Assembly: GCA_963668445.1 (NCBI GenBank)
Contig: OY764335.1
Coordinates: forward strand, 532,297 to 596,296
Direction of reading: 5' to 3'
From: an uncultured candidatus Porisulfidus sp.
Lineage (GTDB): Bacteria > Pseudomonadota > Gammaproteobacteria > Poriferisulfidales > Poriferisulfidaceae
Length of the DNA stretch: 64,000 nucleotides
The stretch's first letter is position 1. Every line of letters begins with the position of its first letter. A program made the translations under genes and the position numbers. Below are positions 48,693 to 58,407 of this stretch, piece by piece. The notes under the pieces were generated by a model that had not been told where the DNA came from, did no database searches, and worked only from the letters and a program-made list of their open reading frames with translations.

Positions 48693-48707
48693 TCGCTACT
48701 GGAAAAG

Positions 48708-48735
48708 CATAGGGCCTGCCGAAGCAGGCCCTGTA
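48708..48735. terminator. Bidirectional hairpin terminator between ilvA and the H1-like gene.
   Basis: Perfect hairpin GGGCCTGC-CGAA-GCAGGCCC (48712-48731), flanked by an A-run on the plus side (a T-run on the minus side). Confidence 0.5.
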
Positions 48736-48776
48736 CAAAACATCGCGGCAGCAGCGGCTACTGTCCGCAGATTGCT

Positions 48777-49346
48777 TTACGCCTTTTTAGCGGTTTTCCG
48801 CTTGGTGTATTTGCGCTTGGCGACCTTGCGTTTAGCCGTCTTGCGCTTGGCGGTTTTCCGCTTGGTGTATTTGCGCTTGGCGACCTTGCGTTTAGCCGTC
48901 TTGCGCTTGGCGGTTTTCCGCTTGGTGTATTTGCGCTTGGCGACCTTGCGTTTAGCCGTCTTGCGCTTGGCGGTTTTCCGCTTGGTGTATTTGCGCTTGG
49001 CGACCTTGCGTTTAGCCGTCTTGCGCTTGGCGGTTTTCCGCTTGGTGTATTTGCGCTTGGCGACCTTGCGTTTAGCCGTCTTGCGCTTGGCGGTTTTCCG
49101 CTTGGCGACTTTGCGTTTAGCCGTCTTGCGCTTGGCGGTTTTCCGCTTGGTGTATTTGCGCTTGGCGACTTTGCGTTTAGCCGTCTTGCGCTTGGTGACT
49201 TTCCTCTTGGCCGTCTTTCTCTTGGCGACTTTGCGCTTGGGCGTAGTTTTTTTCTTTGCTACGCGACGTTTGGTCGCGGATTTCGCGGCGCTGGCCTTTT
49301 TCTTGACGCTACGGCGCTTTTTCTTGGTGGTGCTTTTGACAGCCAT
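48777..49346 (-). CDS. Histone H1-like lysine/alanine-rich nucleoid protein (AlgP / BpH1-like).
   Basis: MAVKSTTKKKRRSVKKKASAAKS... followed by KRKTAKRKVAKRKYT repeats. An AGGGAGA RBS precedes the ATG. Confidence 0.75.
   Translation of the reverse strand: MAVKSTTKKKRRSVKKKASAAKSATKRRVAKKKTTPKRKVAKRKTAKRKVTKRKTAKRKVAKRKYTKRKTAKRKTAKRKVAKRKTAKRKTAKRKVAKRKYTKRKTAKRKTAKRKVAKRKYTKRKTAKRKTAKRKVAKRKYTKRKTAKRKTAKRKVAKRKYTKRKTAKRKTAKRKVAKRKYTKRKTAKKA
48790..49200. repeat. Perfect 60-nt tandem repeat array (about 5 exact copies plus shortened variants) inside the H1-like gene.
   Basis: The sequence lines at 48841, 48901, 48961 and 49021 are identical. A variant unit with a 15-nt deletion begins at 49081. 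Confidence 0.9.
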
Positions 49347-49511
49347 GTGATTCTCCCTTGGTTTGTGGAAAGAAAATATTTACGCCAAGGCAAGACGGCA
49401 GGCTGCACGGTAATGCGCCTTAGCGTGGTTGGGAGCGCGGTTCGCAGCCTGTAGCAGGCCTCGAATTGCGCAAGGTGACGCATGTGCGCCGTGGATGGTT
49501 GGCAGTTGTAG

Positions 49512-49696
49512 AGGGTGCACTCCGCATGCCCCATGCCGCATCACGACACTGAACCGGAGGTTCAGGTGGGTCCCTAGGAGACGCCGCAGGCTTCCCGGCA
49601 TCGTACGCCGGTACTGCGCAAAGGCATCTGCACGCTGGGTCCCATGATTGTGTGATAGGTTCACGGGCGTGATTGGCGAGGCATGCGGAGGCACGT
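49512..49696 (-). ncRNA. ssrS: Candidate 6S RNA (ssrS).
   Basis: Located immediately downstream of zapA, the conserved ssrS position. About 185 nt long. The ends can form a long closing stem: GUGCCUCCGCAUGCC at the 5' end pairs with GGCAUGCGGAGUGCAC at the 3' end. Internal imperfect repeats are compatible with a central bubble. Confidence 0.45.
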
Positions 49697-49732
49697 GATT
49701 AGAAGCATCGGAACTTGGGGTTGCGGAAGGCA

Positions 49733-50041
49733 TCACGAAAACTTTACGTTTCTGGCCTGTTCCAGAACCTTCTTGATGCGTTGCGATTGCGCATCCAAGC
49801 GCGTGGCAAGATCGTCCGGCATGGCTTGAGAAAATTTCAGGTAGTCATGGCTGATATTCAAGGCCGCAACGACGGCGATCTGATCCATCGGCGCATTGGC
49901 ATCGTGGTCATGGATATTCCGCACCCGTTGCTTGAGCATTTTGACGGCGTCGTCGAAGGATTTGCGTTGTTCGGGCGGACACGTGACCTCGTAGGTCTTC
50001 TTGAGAAGCCGGAACGATACATGCGAGGAATCGGAGTTCAT
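49733..50041 (-). CDS. zapA: Cell division protein ZapA.
   Basis: MNSDSSHVSFRLLKKTYEVTCPPEQRKSFDDAVKMLKQ...VVAALNISHDY parallels E. coli ZapA (...RVNCPPDQRDALNQAA...IAALNISYEL). Confidence 0.7.
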   Translation of the reverse strand: MNSDSSHVSFRLLKKTYEVTCPPEQRKSFDDAVKMLKQRVRNIHDHDANAPMDQIAVVAALNISHDYLKFSQAMPDDLATRLDAQSQRIKKVLEQARNVKFS

Positions 50042-50265
50042 TGGATTTCGGCGTAGGGGCGAAGTTGCGTCAGGATGCGTTCGACATCTGCGCGGGCTTG
50101 TCGATTCTTGCGACGCAATTCAAGTTGTTGCTGCTCAAGTTGGTCGCAATTCTGAACCAGCAAACGGTTCGCTTCCAGCAGATCTTCGCACAAGGCCGTA
50201 AGCGCGTCAACATGCTGCTCGAGCGAGGCGAGCGCCAATTCGGACGAGGGCTTTTGCGGACTCAC
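50038..50265 (-). CDS. Small coiled-coil protein (ZapB-like) co-transcribed with zapA.
   Basis: 75 aa, Leu/Glu/Gln-rich with a heptad pattern. Its stop overlaps the zapA start. Confidence 0.45.
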   Translation of the reverse strand: MSPQKPSSELALASLEQHVDALTALCEDLLEANRLLVQNCDQLEQQQLELRRKNRQARADVERILTQLRPYAEIQ

Positions 50266-50299
50266 GCTTGAATGAAAAGTTGTTTTTCAACTCCCGCAG

Positions 50300-50385
50300 T
50301 ATATCAAACCACAAAATGCGCATTATTGCAAGTCCAACTTGTCAAACCAAAGCTAAAATTCCCGGATTCAAATTGCAAGCGCAAC
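50300..50385 (-). promoter_or_regulatory. Conserved non-coding element, copy 2, upstream of the zapB-like/zapA operon.
   Basis: Reverse complement nearly identical to 716-800. It includes the TTGCGCTTGCAA palindrome and the TTTGGTTTGACAA motif. Confidence 0.5.
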
Positions 50386-50499
50386 AAGTTTAGCAGGACT
50401 GAGGAGTGGGCGGATGGCACCGGGCCGCGTTTCGCCGGAGGTATCGCCATTTTTCTGCTTTGCGAATCCTGAGCCGGATGCGCGCGGAAGATGAAAGCT

Positions 50500-51006
50500 T
50501 CAGGCTCGCAAGGCTTCGAGAGCTGCCGCATAATCGGGCTCGTCGCCGATTTCGGGGACCAGTTCCGTGTAGGTCACCTTGTTGCGGGCATCCAGCACGA
50601 CGATGGCTCGTGCCATAATGCCTTGGAGCGGCCCCTCGGCAATCAGGACCCCGTAGTCGCGGGCAAAATCGTGGTTGCGGGTCATGGACAAGGTGATCAG
50701 CCGGTTGGTGTCCTTGTCCGTGCAGAAGCGGTTCATGGCGAACGGAAGATCGGCCGATATGACCAGCATCACAGATTTCTCGTCGAGCTTGGCGGCTTCT
50801 TCATCGAATTTTACGGAAGACGTGGCGCAGACCGGCGTGTCAAGGCTGGGGACGATGGACAGCAGCTTGCGCGTATCTCCGAATGTGCTGAGCGTGACAT
50901 CGTTGAGGTCGCGGTCGACTAGGATGAAATCCGGCGCGTCGCTGCCGATCTTTGGCAGTTCGCCCTCTAAATGGACTTCATTGCCGTGCAGAGTAACGGT
51001 GGTCAT
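50500..51006 (-). CDS. tpx: Thiol peroxidase (atypical 2-Cys peroxiredoxin).
   Basis: ...LLSIVPSLDTPVCATS... carries the peroxidatic Cys in the Tpx-typical context. Confidence 0.85.
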   Translation of the reverse strand: MTTVTLHGNEVHLEGELPKIGSDAPDFILVDRDLNDVTLSTFGDTRKLLSIVPSLDTPVCATSSVKFDEEAAKLDEKSVMLVISADLPFAMNRFCTDKDTNRLITLSMTRNHDFARDYGVLIAEGPLQGIMARAIVVLDARNKVTYTELVPEIGDEPDYAAALEALRA

Positions 51007-51114
51007 GATATGGCTCCTGTGCGAAATAATGGGCAATTCGGACTGCTGATTCTACCCTCTTTTGCGTTCCATGTAGAATGGCACACCAAATAAGGCCTTG
51101 GGAGGGCCGGATTC

Positions 51115-52323
51115 ATGCAGCAGGGCTTGTTCACTTCCGAGGCGGTGTCGCGCGGGCATCCGGACAAGGTCTGCGATCAGATTTCCGATGCGGTGCTGGA
51201 TGCGGCACTGGCATGCGACCTTCAGGCGCGGGTGGCCGTGGAGGCGATGGTCAAGGACCAGCACGTGATTCTGGCGGGGGAATTGTCGCTCAAGCAGGGC
51301 CGCGAGACGCTGGATTACGACCGGATTGTCCGCACAGTGATTGCCGACATCGGCTACGTTGAGGAGTTGCAGGTCGGGTTCGATGCGCGCAATTGCCGGA
51401 TTACGCAGCATCTCGGCGGCCAGTCCGCGGACATTGCGGGCGGCGTCGACCCGGATCCGGCCAATGCGAAGGAGCTGGGGGCCGGCGACCAGGGCATCAT
51501 TTTCGGGTATGCCTGCGATGAGACGGAGCATTTCATGCCGGCGCCGATCCATTACGCGCATGCGCTGATGCGCCGCCATGAGCAGGTGCGCTTGGGCGAA
51601 GGGGCCGGCGCGCTGCGTCCGGATGCGAAGAGTCAGGTGACGTTCCGCTACGACGCGCAGGGGCATCCGATGGAAGTGGTGGCCGTGGTGCTTTCGACCC
51701 AGCACAGTGCGCAGGTTCGCGGGACCGACTTGGAGGAACTGGTGCGCCAGCAGATCATCGATCCGGTGATTCCTGCCGAGATGCGGGCTGCGGAATTCCG
51801 GATGCACGTCAATCCGGCCGGCGATTTCGTGACGGGCGGGCCGGTCGGAGACTGCGGCGTGACGGGGCGCAAGATCATCGTGGACACGTATGGCGGCATG
51901 GCGCGGCATGGCGGCGGCGCCTTTTCCGGCAAGGATCCGTCCAAGGTCGACCGTTCGGCCGCATATGCGGCACGCTACGTCGCCCGGCATGTGGTCAGCT
52001 GTGGCTTGGCGCGACGCTGCGAAGTGCAGTTGGCGTATGCGATCGGACGGGCGGAACCGGTTTCGGTGCGTGTGGAAACGTTCGGGAGCGGCCGGATCTC
52101 CGATGAGCAACTGCAGCGCGTGCTGGAGGCGGGCAGCGTGTTCGACCTGTCGCCATCCGGTATTATCGACATGCTGGGGCTGTTGAATGCGGACGCGGCA
52201 CGGCGTCCCTGCTACCAGCGGACCGCGGAGCATGGGCATTTTGGTTGCCCGGACTGGTCGTTCTCATGGGAAGCGGCGGACCGGGCGGAAGCATTGCTTG
52301 AAGCAGTGGGAGAATACGCATGA
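51115..52323 (+). CDS. metK: S-adenosylmethionine synthetase.
   Basis: [26 protein letters not shown] is the MetK N-terminal signature, with ATP-binding loops downstream. Confidence 0.9.
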   Translation: MQQGLFTSEAVSRGHPDKVCDQISDAVLDAALACDLQARVAVEAMVKDQHVILAGELSLKQGRETLDYDRIVRTVIADIGYVEELQVGFDARNCRITQHLGGQSADIAGGVDPDPANAKELGAGDQGIIFGYACDETEHFMPAPIHYAHALMRRHEQVRLGEGAGALRPDAKSQVTFRYDAQGHPMEVVAVVLSTQHSAQVRGTDLEELVRQQIIDPVIPAEMRAAEFRMHVNPAGDFVTGGPVGDCGVTGRKIIVDTYGGMARHGGGAFSGKDPSKVDRSAAYAARYVARHVVSCGLARRCEVQLAYAIGRAEPVSVRVETFGSGRISDEQLQRVLEAGSVFDLSPSGIIDMLGLLNADAARRPCYQRTAEHGHFGCPDWSFSWEAADRAEALLEAVGEYA

Positions 52324-53630
52324 CGGAACTGGCTACCCAACTACACCCGGATTACGAGGTTGCCGACTTGGGCTTGGCCGCATGGGGGCAGCGCGAAATC
52401 GCGATTGCCCGCACGGAAATGCCGGGGCTGGTGGCGCTGTGCGACAAGTACCGGGAGGCGCAGCCGCTGGCGGGTGCCCGCATTGCTGGCTGCCTGCATA
52501 TGACCATCCAGACTGCGGTGCTGATGGAGACCTTGGCAGCGCTGGGCGCAGAGCTGCGCTGGTCGTCGTGCAACATCTATTCCACGCAGGACCATGCGGC
52601 GGCGGCAATGGCCGAGCAGGGCATTCCGGTGTTCGCGTGGAAGGGCGAGACGGAGGAAGAATATCTGCAATGCATCCGGCGCACCATCGAAGGGCCGGGC
52701 GGCTGGCGGCCGAATTTGCTGCTGGACGACGGCGGCGATCTGACGCGCATCATGCACGACGAATACCCGCAGTTGCTGGAGGATGTGCGGGGCGTTTCCG
52801 AAGAGACGACCACGGGGGTCAGCCGTCTGCATGCGATGCATCGCGCCGGCGAGTTGAAGATTCCGGCGATCGACGTCAACAATTCGGTCACCAAATCCAA
52901 GTTCGACAATACGTACGGATGCCGCGAGTCGTTGCTGGACGGCCTCAAGCGTGCGACGGATGTCATGATCGCCGGAAAGGTTTGCGTGGTCGCGGGCTAC
53001 GGAGGCGTCGGCAAGGGTTGCGCCCAGTCGCTGCGGGCGCAAGGCGCGGTCGTCTGGGTCACGGAAATCGATCCGATCTGCGCTCTGCAGGCGGCAATGG
53101 AAGGGTTGCCGGTCGTTACGATGGAGCAGGCCGCGCCGCAGGCGGACATCTTCGTGACGGCGACCGGCTGCCGGCATGTCATCGACCGCCGGCACATGGA
53201 GCAGATGAAAGACGAGGCCATCATCTGCAATATCGGGCACTTTGACAACGAGATCGATATTGCGTCGCTAGAGGATTGCGTGTGGGAAGAGATCAAGCCC
53301 CAAGTGGATCATGTGGTGTTTCCCGACGGCAAGCGCCTGATCGTGCTGGCCCGGGGTCGGCTGGTGAATCTGGGCTGCGCCACGGGCCATCCGAGCTTCG
53401 TCATGTCGTGTTCGTTCACCAATCAGGTGCTGGCCCAAATCGAGTTGTGGCGGAACCCGGAGGGTTACGCCATCGATGTCCACACGCTGCCGAAGGCCAA
53501 GGACGAAGAAGTGGCGCGGCTGCATCTTGGCAAGCTGGGGGTCGACCTGACGGCTTTGACGGAGGAGCAGGCCGCCTATCTGGGCGTGCCGGCCGACGGG
53601 CCGTACAAGCCGGACCTGTATCGCTACTGA
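52320..53630 (+). CDS. ahcY: Adenosylhomocysteinase.
   Basis: ...[37 protein letters not shown] is the NAD-binding signature of SAH hydrolase. The start overlaps the metK stop. Confidence 0.9.
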   Translation: MTELATQLHPDYEVADLGLAAWGQREIAIARTEMPGLVALCDKYREAQPLAGARIAGCLHMTIQTAVLMETLAALGAELRWSSCNIYSTQDHAAAAMAEQGIPVFAWKGETEEEYLQCIRRTIEGPGGWRPNLLLDDGGDLTRIMHDEYPQLLEDVRGVSEETTTGVSRLHAMHRAGELKIPAIDVNNSVTKSKFDNTYGCRESLLDGLKRATDVMIAGKVCVVAGYGGVGKGCAQSLRAQGAVVWVTEIDPICALQAAMEGLPVVTMEQAAPQADIFVTATGCRHVIDRRHMEQMKDEAIICNIGHFDNEIDIASLEDCVWEEIKPQVDHVVFPDGKRLIVLARGRLVNLGCATGHPSFVMSCSFTNQVLAQIELWRNPEGYAIDVHTLPKAKDEEVARLHLGKLGVDLTALTEEQAAYLGVPADGPYKPDLYRY

Positions 53631-53657
53631 CAGGGTTGCGGGGCTGGCGGTCGGCGA

Positions 53658-54614
53658 ATGCCAGAAGTGTGCCGCGTAGCCGTCGTCATGGATCCGCCGG
53701 CGCGGATCCGGGCGGCCAAGGACTCGACGGTGGCCTTGATGCTGGCGGCCCAGCAGCGCGGTGCCGAAGTCTTCATCACCACGCTTTCCGAACTGCGCGC
53801 CGGGCCGGCCGGCATTGATGCGGACGTCCGCAAAATCAAACTGGCGGATCGCGAGGATTGGTGGCAGGAGCAGGAGCGTTGCGTGGCGGCCTTGACGGAT
53901 TTCGATGTAGTGCTCATGCGTAAGGACCCGCCCGTGGACATGGCCTACATCACGGCCACATGGATGCTGGATCGGGTTCAGGCTGCCGGGACTTGCGTAC
54001 TCAATGCCCCGGCAGCCCTGCGCGGCATGAACGAGAAGCTGTCGATCTTGGGCTATCAGGATTTGGCGCCTCCGTTTCTGGTGGGCGCGCGGCGGGAAGA
54101 CCTGCTGGCGTTTCTGGACGAGCACGGCGAGATTGTCATCAAGCCGTTGGATCGCATGGGCGGCGCTCTCGTGTACCATCTGCGTCGTGGAGAGCCGAAT
54201 GTGGAGACGATCATCGAGTCCTTGACGCACGCAGGCGGGGAGGCGATCATGGCGCAGCGCTTCCTTCCGGAAGTGGCCGAAGGGGACCGGCGGCTGCTGC
54301 TGGTGGATGGCCAGCTGGTTCCGGATGTAGCGGTACGCATGCCGAAACAGGGCGAGTTCCGGGCGAATCTGGCGCAGGGCGGGACGTTGAGGGTGGAGCC
54401 TGCCAATGGGCGGGATCGAGAAATTGCCGAGCATGTGGGCGAACCTTTGCGCCGTGCAGGCGTCTGCTTCGCCGGCCTCGACGTGGTGGGCGGATGGCTC
54501 ACCGAAATCAATATCACGTCGCCGACCTGCATCCGCGAAGTGGAGGCGCACACCGGGCGTTCAGTGGCCATGGGCTTCTGGGATGCCGTAGCCGATCATT
54601 GGCTGGAGTCTTGA
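53658..54614 (+). CDS. gshB: Glutathione synthetase.
   Basis: ...VAVVMDPPARIRAAKDSTVALM parallels E. coli GshB (GIVMDPIANINIKKDSSFAML), with a C-terminal ATP-grasp domain. Confidence 0.85.
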   Translation: MPEVCRVAVVMDPPARIRAAKDSTVALMLAAQQRGAEVFITTLSELRAGPAGIDADVRKIKLADREDWWQEQERCVAALTDFDVVLMRKDPPVDMAYITATWMLDRVQAAGTCVLNAPAALRGMNEKLSILGYQDLAPPFLVGARREDLLAFLDEHGEIVIKPLDRMGGALVYHLRRGEPNVETIIESLTHAGGEAIMAQRFLPEVAEGDRRLLLVDGQLVPDVAVRMPKQGEFRANLAQGGTLRVEPANGRDREIAEHVGEPLRRAGVCFAGLDVVGGWLTEINITSPTCIREVEAHTGRSVAMGFWDAVADHWLES

Positions 54615-54618
54615 GGTC

Positions 54619-55176
54619 ATGGAGACGTTGCGCGGCAGATTGCTGGTGGCGGCGCCGGACATGCAGGATTCGATCTTCCAGCGCGCCCTGATTCTGGTGT
54701 GCGAGCATGATGCCAAGAATGGCGCGATGGGGGTCATCGTCAACCATCCGTCCGAAATGACGTTGCGCGATTTGCTGGAGGATTTGGATATCAAGCCTCT
54801 GGTCGAGCAAGGCTTGACGCGGCCTATTTTCCTGGGCGGCCCGGTGCAGCCGAGTTTGGGCTTCGGGTTGTATGCCGGCGCACTCGAACTAGTGGACAGC
54901 ATGGCGATCGACGGAGATCTCAAGATAACGGCCTCGCGCGATTTGCTGGAGAAGTGCGCGGTCGGCGAGGGGCCGAAAAGCCTGCTGCTGATCATGGGCT
55001 ATGCCGGCTGGTCGCCTGGGCAGTTGGAACGGGAGTTGCAGGTGGGCGCTTGGTGGCTGGCATCGCCGTCGCCCACGCTCATGTTCGAGTTGCCGCCCGT
55101 GCAGCGCTGGGGCGAAGCGGTACGGCAGCTGGGGCTGGACGAATCGACCCTGTACCATGGCAGCGGGCATGCCTGA
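54619..55176 (+). CDS. yqgE: YqgE/AlgH-family protein (UPF0301).
   Basis: METLRGRLLVAAPDMQDSIFQRALILVCEHDAKNGAMGVIVNHP is the family signature. Confidence 0.8.
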   Translation: METLRGRLLVAAPDMQDSIFQRALILVCEHDAKNGAMGVIVNHPSEMTLRDLLEDLDIKPLVEQGLTRPIFLGGPVQPSLGFGLYAGALELVDSMAIDGDLKITASRDLLEKCAVGEGPKSLLLIMGYAGWSPGQLERELQVGAWWLASPSPTLMFELPPVQRWGEAVRQLGLDESTLYHGSGHA

Positions 55177-55621
55177 AAAGCAGGGGCTGGCCTTGGCGTT
55201 CGATTTCGGACTGGCCCGCATCGGCGTGGCGGTCGGGTCGTTGGAAGCCGCCACTGCTCACGGGCTGGATGTGGTTCCGGTGCGCCGGGGCGTGGTCGAT
55301 TGGGCGGCCGTGGACCGGCTGGTTGCGACGTGGCGCCCGGACCATCTGGTCGTGGGGGAGCCGCAGGCGCAGGTTGGTGGCGATCGCCGGCTCTTGCAGG
55401 CTTTGCGCCGCTTTTGCGCGGAGCTTGCGACGCGTTACCGGCTGCCGGTCAGCCGGATCAACGAGGATTACACGTCCGCGTGCGCCCGTGCGGAATTGCG
55501 GGCGCGGCGGCAGGCCGGGGGGCGGCGGCGCACATTGCGCGGCGAAACTGATAAAATGGCCGCCGCCTACATCCTGAACACGTGGCTTTCGGAGCGCGAT
55601 GCCGTCACAGGAAAAGATTGA
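55169..55621 (+). CDS. ruvX: Holliday-junction-resolvase-like / pre-16S rRNA nuclease YqgF.
   Basis: MPEKQGLALAFDFGLARIGVAVG parallels E. coli YqgF (LLAFDFGTKSIGVAVG). Its start overlaps the yqgE stop. Confidence 0.8.
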   Translation: MPEKQGLALAFDFGLARIGVAVGSLEAATAHGLDVVPVRRGVVDWAAVDRLVATWRPDHLVVGEPQAQVGGDRRLLQALRRFCAELATRYRLPVSRINEDYTSACARAELRARRQAGGRRRTLRGETDKMAAAYILNTWLSERDAVTGKD

Positions 55622-56135
55622 GACCGGTGCAGTGTTGGCCCACTTGGGCGATGCCGTTAAATCTTTTCTGGCCACGCGAAGCATCTCGCAGCCGGTATTC
55701 GTCGGCCTTCACACGGGCGGCGTGTGGGTCGCCGAGGTCCTGCATGCGCATTGCGGCATTGCAGAGCCTCTGGGCATGTTGGATGTCAGCTACCATCGCG
55801 ACGACGTGGGGCGTACGGGAGTGCGTCCGCTGCAGTCCGTGTGCATGCCGGCGTCGCTGGACGGGCGGCATGTGCTGCTGGTGGACGATGTGCTGTATAC
55901 CGGCCGCACGACGCGAGCGGCCCTCAACGAACTGTTCGAATATGGCCGGCCTGCATCGGTGGTGCTGGCCGTGCTGGTCGACCGGCCCGGGCGCGAGGTT
56001 CCGGTGGCGCCCAACCTGACCGGCATGCGTTTGGAGCTGGGGCCGGACGACCGGGTCAAGCTGCATGGCCCAGCGCCGCTGGAACTGATCATCACGCGGG
56101 CCTCTGGCTCGCTGCTGGAGGAGGCCGGCGGGTGA
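55599..56135 (+). CDS. pyrR: Bifunctional pyrimidine operon regulator / uracil phosphoribosyltransferase.
   Basis: PRTase motif [18 protein letters not shown]. Confidence 0.85.
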   Translation: MPSQEKIETGAVLAHLGDAVKSFLATRSISQPVFVGLHTGGVWVAEVLHAHCGIAEPLGMLDVSYHRDDVGRTGVRPLQSVCMPASLDGRHVLLVDDVLYTGRTTRAALNELFEYGRPASVVLAVLVDRPGREVPVAPNLTGMRLELGPDDRVKLHGPAPLELIITRASGSLLEEAGG

Positions 56136-56161
56136 GCGCGCAGAGCACGCTGTTCCCGATG

Positions 56162-57124
56162 CCGGATACGGCGCAATGCCAACTGGACGAGCAGGGCCGG
56201 CTGCGGCATTTCCTGACAATCGAAGGGTTGCCGGCCGAGCTGCTGGAAGCCGTTCTAAGAACGGCGCAGTCGTTCCATGTTGCTTCGAGTCGGGCGGTGC
56301 GCAAGGTCCCGCTATTGCGCGGCAAGACGATCGCCAATCTTTTTTTCGAAGCGAGCACGCGCACGCGCACGACCTTCGAGTTGGCTGCCAAGCGCTTGTC
56401 GGCCGATGTGCTGAATCTGGACATGGCGACTTCCGCCACCCGCAAGGGCGAGAGCCTGCTGGATACCTTGCGCAATCTGCAGGCGATGGGCTGCGACATG
56501 TTTGTGGTGCGCCACGACGAAAGCGGGGCCGCGCATTTCATCGCCCGCCATGTGGCGGAGCATGTCAGCGTCATCAATGCGGGAGACGGTCGGCATGCGC
56601 ATCCGACGCAAGCCATGCTGGACGTGTTCACATTGCGCCAGAAGTTTCCGGACTTCCGGACTCTGACGGTGGTGATCGTGGGCGACATCCTGCACTCGCG
56701 GGTCGCCCGCTCCCTGATGCGGGCCTTGCAGACGCTGCATGTCGGCGAGATTCGGGTCGTCGCGCCGCGGACGCTTCTGCCGCCGGAAGCGGAAAGCATG
56801 GGCGTGGTGCCGTTCAAATCGATGGAAGAGGGTCTGGCAGGCGCGCAGGCCGTCGTCATGCTGCGCTTGCAGAAGGAGCGGATGCACGGCAGTTTCGTGC
56901 CGAACGAGAGCGAATACTATCGGCTGTACGGCCTGACGCAGGCGCGGGCGGATCTGTTGGCGGACGACGGGGTCGTGATGCATCCCGGGCCAGTCAATCG
57001 CGGGGTGGAGATCGAGTCGGCGGTCGTGGACGGGCCGCGGTCAGTGATTCTGCAGCAGGTGCACAACGGCATCGCGGTGCGCATGGCGGTGCTGTCGATG
57101 GCGATGCAGAGGCATTCATGGTGA
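56162..57124 (+). CDS. pyrB: Aspartate carbamoyltransferase catalytic subunit.
   Basis: Carbamoyl-phosphate binding STRTR ([13 protein letters not shown]) and an HPxQ motif. An alternative GTG start at 56132 overlaps the pyrR stop. Confidence 0.85.
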   Translation, partial: PDTAQCQLDEQGRLRHFLTIEGLPAELLEAVLRTAQSFHVASSRAVRKVPLLRGKTIANLFFEASTRTRTTFELAAKRLSADVLNLDMATSATRKGESLLDTLRNLQAMGCDMFVVRHDESGAAHFIARHVAEHVSVINAGDGRHAHPTQAMLDVFTLRQKFPDFRTLTVVIVGDILHSRVARSLMRALQTLHVGEIRVVAPRTLLPPEAESMGVVPFKSMEEGLAGAQAVVMLRLQKERMHGSFVPNESEYYRLYGLTQARADLLADDGVVMHPGPVNRGVEIESAVVDGPRSVILQQVHNGIAVRMAVLSMAMQRHSW

Positions 57125-58407
57125 TGCGGCTGGCGATTCGCGGCGGGCATGTGCTGGACCCTGCCAATGGGGTCGATGCGGTGCAGGACGTCTTTTGCGC
57201 TGACGGCGTCATCGTTGCGCTGGGCGCAGCTCCGGAAGGCTATGAGGCGGAGCGGGAGTTGGATGCGCGGGACTGCCTGGTCATGCCTGGTGCCATCGAC
57301 TTGGCGGTCTGCCTGAGCCCATTGGGCGAGCAGCGAGCAAGCGTCGCGAGCGAAGCGCGGGCGGCGGCCTCCGGCGGCATTACGACCGTCTGCTCGGTCG
57401 CGGAGACGCATCCGGTGCCGGATTCGGCGGCGACGGTGCGGCTGCTTCTGGAGCAGGCGCAGCAGGCCGGCTTCGTGCGGCTGGCGCCGTTGGGGGCGGC
57501 GATGCAGGGATTGGGCGACACGCAATTGGCCAGTCTGGGCGCCTTGCGCGAAACCGGTTGCGTAGGCGTCAGCAACGGGTTGCGGCCGTACGCCAATTCG
57601 CTGGTGCTGCGGCGCGTCATGGAGTATGCGGCTAGTCAGGACATGATCCTGTTCTACCATCCCTTGGATCATGCCTTGGCGGGCGAAGGTTGCGCCCACG
57701 AGGGCACGTATGCGGCCCGGCTGGGATTGCCGGGCATTCCGCGCGCCGCGGAAACGGCGGCGCTGGCGCAGATGATGGCGCTGGTTCAAGACACCGGGGC
57801 GCGAGTCCACTTCTGCCGCCTGTCGTGCGCCCTGGCGGTCGATATGCTGGAAGCGGGGCGGCGGTCCGGGCTGCCGGTGACGGCGGATGTCGCGGTGCAC
57901 CAGTTGTTCCTGACAGAGGCGGCGGTCGAAGGCTTCGATGTCAACGCGCATGTCTGCCCGCCGTTGCGTACGGAAGGCGATTGCGTGCGTCTGCGCGAAG
58001 CGGTGCGGGACGGCGTGGTCGACGCGGTCTGCTCGGATCATCAGCCGCTGGATCCGGATTCCAAGGCGGCGCCGTTCCCGGCGACTCGGGCGGGCATATC
58101 CGGCGTCGAGACGCTGGTGCCTCTGACTCTGCGTCTGGCAACGGACGGGGTGCTGTCGCGGATGACCGCGGTGGAGCGGCTGACGTCCGGGCCGGCGAAG
58201 ATCCTCGGGCGCGGAGGCTCGCTGGAGGCGGGCGCGGATGCGGACGTGTGCGTCGTTCGCCCGGATGTTCCGTGGCATTTCGACCGAGAGTCCATGCTGA
58301 GCGCGGGCCGTAACACGCCGTTCGACGCCTGGCAGTTGCATGATCGCGTGCAGGCGACGGTCTGCAGTGGCCGAATCGTCTATGCGCGTCCGGAACAGGC
58401 GGCATGA
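57118..58407 (+). CDS. Dihydroorotase-like protein (PyrC-prime type, possibly non-catalytic).
   Basis: Amidohydrolase fold (...[12 protein letters not shown]...), position after pyrB, and a start overlapping the pyrB stop (ATGGTGA). The ORF-track 743-aa version is an upstream read-through. Confidence 0.7.
   Translation: MVMRLAIRGGHVLDPANGVDAVQDVFCADGVIVALGAAPEGYEAERELDARDCLVMPGAIDLAVCLSPLGEQRASVASEARAAASGGITTVCSVAETHPVPDSAATVRLLLEQAQQAGFVRLAPLGAAMQGLGDTQLASLGALRETGCVGVSNGLRPYANSLVLRRVMEYAASQDMILFYHPLDHALAGEGCAHEGTYAARLGLPGIPRAAETAALAQMMALVQDTGARVHFCRLSCALAVDMLEAGRRSGLPVTADVAVHQLFLTEAAVEGFDVNAHVCPPLRTEGDCVRLREAVRDGVVDAVCSDHQPLDPDSKAAPFPATRAGISGVETLVPLTLRLATDGVLSRMTAVERLTSGPAKILGRGGSLEAGADADVCVVRPDVPWHFDRESMLSAGRNTPFDAWQLHDRVQATVCSGRIVYARPEQAA

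Noticed and set aside
55079-55684. 201-aa minus-strand ORF.
   Set aside because: It is antisense to ruvX/pyrR.
56176-58407. 743-aa ORF spanning pyrB and the pyrC-like gene.
   Set aside because: It is an out-of-frame read-through over pyrB. The real dihydroorotase-like gene starts at 57118 and overlaps the pyrB stop.
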